DNA of 63,752 nt, the filler included, from Asterionella formosa (taxonomy: Eukaryota): assembly GCA_002256025.1 (NCBI GenBank). It is 18 parts of 18 records of this genome, joined end to end, with 100 filler letters (N's around TTAATTAATTAA, not from the genome) between each part and the next. Parts side by side here need not be neighbours in the genome. Positions count along the whole stretch, not along the records: positions 61,871 to 63,752 come from NKIB01000945.1; 17 more parts are not named here. One strand, written 5' to 3'. The notes under the pieces were generated by a model. It had not been told where the DNA came from, did not search any database, and worked only from the letters and a program-made list of their open reading frames with translations. Position numbers and translations under genes: made by a program. Shown one piece after another: positions 61,871 to 63,752 of the stretch. Each line of letters starts with the position of its first letter. The first letter of the stretch is position 1.

Positions 61871-63684
61871 TGCTTAGGCGCAAGTTGGCAAGACTTGGGA
61901 CATTTCTCGCAAGAGGACATGTCGTAAACGTCCAAACAACTATGCAGAATGTCATGGTGACACTAAGCATGCCCATGGCCACTACGGCACAAGCAGTTGT
62001 ACCAGCAGTACCAGCCATGCCTGTAGACCCTACGCGTGGGGCCCCGAAAATATATGTTGATTCACTCTAGGATTTTTCCGGGGATCCAATCAACTGGGAG
62101 GAATGGTACATTGGTACAGGTGCAACACTTGGGCAGACGGCATATGCAACACTTTTGACAGGTACAGGCAAGCCAGTACCAGCTGATACAGTAGGTATGG
62201 CACGTGACCGTGAATTATACAACATGCTGAAGAAAGCACTGTATAAGGGGACTGCACATCATATAATTGATGCAAATGGGCTCCAGAGTGGACATGATGC
62301 CTGGACTGGATTAAAGATGTGGTATGGAAAAGCAGAAGTATCAAGGACCCTTATTGATCACTACAGGAATCAACTCAATGAGTTACGACTGTCCAATAAG
62401 GTGAAAGCTAACGAGTACATAAACACGTTCATCCTCTGCAGTCGAAAGTTGGAAGATAAACATGAAGGCTACACTGAAGCAACAAAGCGGACTAAATTCC
62501 TTGATCAAATTGAGGATGAAGACTATGATGTTTGCGTTCAGAACCTTCGTGGTGACACCAACAAGACTTTTGATGAGTGTGTTCAACGTATTCGGAGCAG
62601 AGAACAGGAATTGGAAAGATTCTCACGAGAGAGTTCCACCAAGGCAAGGCGTGCAACAACTTTTACAAGTAAAGGTGGAGCCACACCTAAATCATCTAAA
62701 GACAACCAAATTCCTTTCCTCCCCACACACCTACTCAATACAATTAAATCCAATTCTATCAAGAAAGATCTATTTAAGTGGAGAAGTGTCTGGAATAATG
62801 AAGGAAGGGCAATTCGTGTCGACGAGTTGACTGGCGCCAATGGAGATGCCAAGAAAGATGACAACTCAGTCGAATCTGACGAGGGATGCCACTCCAAGAA
62901 CAAGCCAAAGACAAGAAAGCGCAAGAAGAAGGCTAGAAGGACAAAGACCTCAGCTTCTGGATTATGTGATACGGCTACACCTCATGTGAAAATCAAGGAC
63001 TCTGATGACAAAGACAGTGAGGACGATGGAGATGATAGTGACCAGGAAATAAATTCTACAACAATTACCCAAAAGAAGAAATCTAAGAAGGAGACTCCCA
63101 GGAAAAAGAAAAAGGGACGTCGCAACCCAGTACTCCGACGTGGACGCATTCTGGGGGAAGCAGCAAGGGTTGTGCTTGATGGAGGAACTGAATTTGAGGT
63201 CATTGGCGGAGTCGGAGGATGGAGAGTTCTGGAAAATGTGAGCAAGAGCGCAAAACTGCATGGTTGGGGGGCCAATATGGATGGACCTACTCTTCCAATT
63301 GTCAATGCAGTCACTGCTTATGAACATCCAGAAGCAAAAGAAACCTATTTACTTGGGTTGGGGGGAGCAGCCTTTGATGAAAGACCAGAACAAACAGAAG
63401 CGCTGATCAACACTCATGTGATGAGGCGTAATAATGTTATTGTTCATGACATTTCTGAACGGGATGGCAGTTTGCAATGCATTGAGGTTGACGACATTCA
63501 GATTAAACTATTGTTCACTGATGATGAAAAACTTCTTACATTCAATGTTTGCCTACCTACAATCGAAGAAGCAAACTCCCACACAATTCATTGGTTGACA
63601 CCACGAATTCCCAGCAACTCATCTGAGTTGTTGAAGCAATTCCCGCTCCAGCTATCGTCTTGCCATTCGGGTACTTCTAAGTAA
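61871..63684 (+). mobile_element. Diatom-type Ty1/copia gag-protease fragment with in-frame stop at 62068-62070
   Basis: DFSGDPINWEEW, GHDAWTGLKMWYG, protease VVLDGGTE...LPIVNAVTAY...EALINTH. Ends in unrelated TAAGTAATTT x3 sequence (63677-63720). Confidence 0.85.
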
Positions 63685-63752
63685 TTTTTACGCTCTAAGT
63701 AATTTCTTAAGTAATTTTTATTTAAGGGCAATATGGGGCACATCGAATTTTT

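Overview
Eukaryotic nuclear DNA from a photosynthetic stramenopile, most likely a diatom. Evidence: intron-containing nuclear psbU and ribH with bipartite plastid-targeting peptides, an LHCX fragment, and diatom-type copia gag proteins. The window is a concatenation: 17 artificial 100-nt linkers (N-run, TTAATTAATTAA, N-run) join one 30,001-nt scaffold (1991-31991) and seventeen ~1.88-1.89 kb contigs, so adjacency across linkers means nothing biologically. The scaffold is gene-dense (LRR protein, GNAT, HAT1, PrimPol, TPR-Aha1, 2-hydroxyacid dehydrogenase, ankyrin protein, RUVBL1, ribH, SDR, MAPR, MDR, PP1) and also holds a tyrosine-recombinase retroelement end, a PIF/Harbinger MITE and a decayed Harbinger transposase. 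The small contigs are mostly transposon pieces (gypsy, copia, pogo-like, MITE) plus psbU/POP5, an LHCX end and two probable secreted or cell-wall proteins. Most striking unexplained signals: (1) a ~200-nt strand-specific rod-like fold at 59496-59695 in which ten CGAG motifs pair in register as five tandem G.A pairs; (2) intergenic chains of TA-delimited C...G units such as TA-CCTGG-TA-CCGG-TA; (3) the same TAG to TAGCTAG insertion disrupting three separate transposon copies. Signals 2 and 3 look like accumulated excision or repair footprints. All family assignments are motif recognition by eye; no database search or folding program was run.
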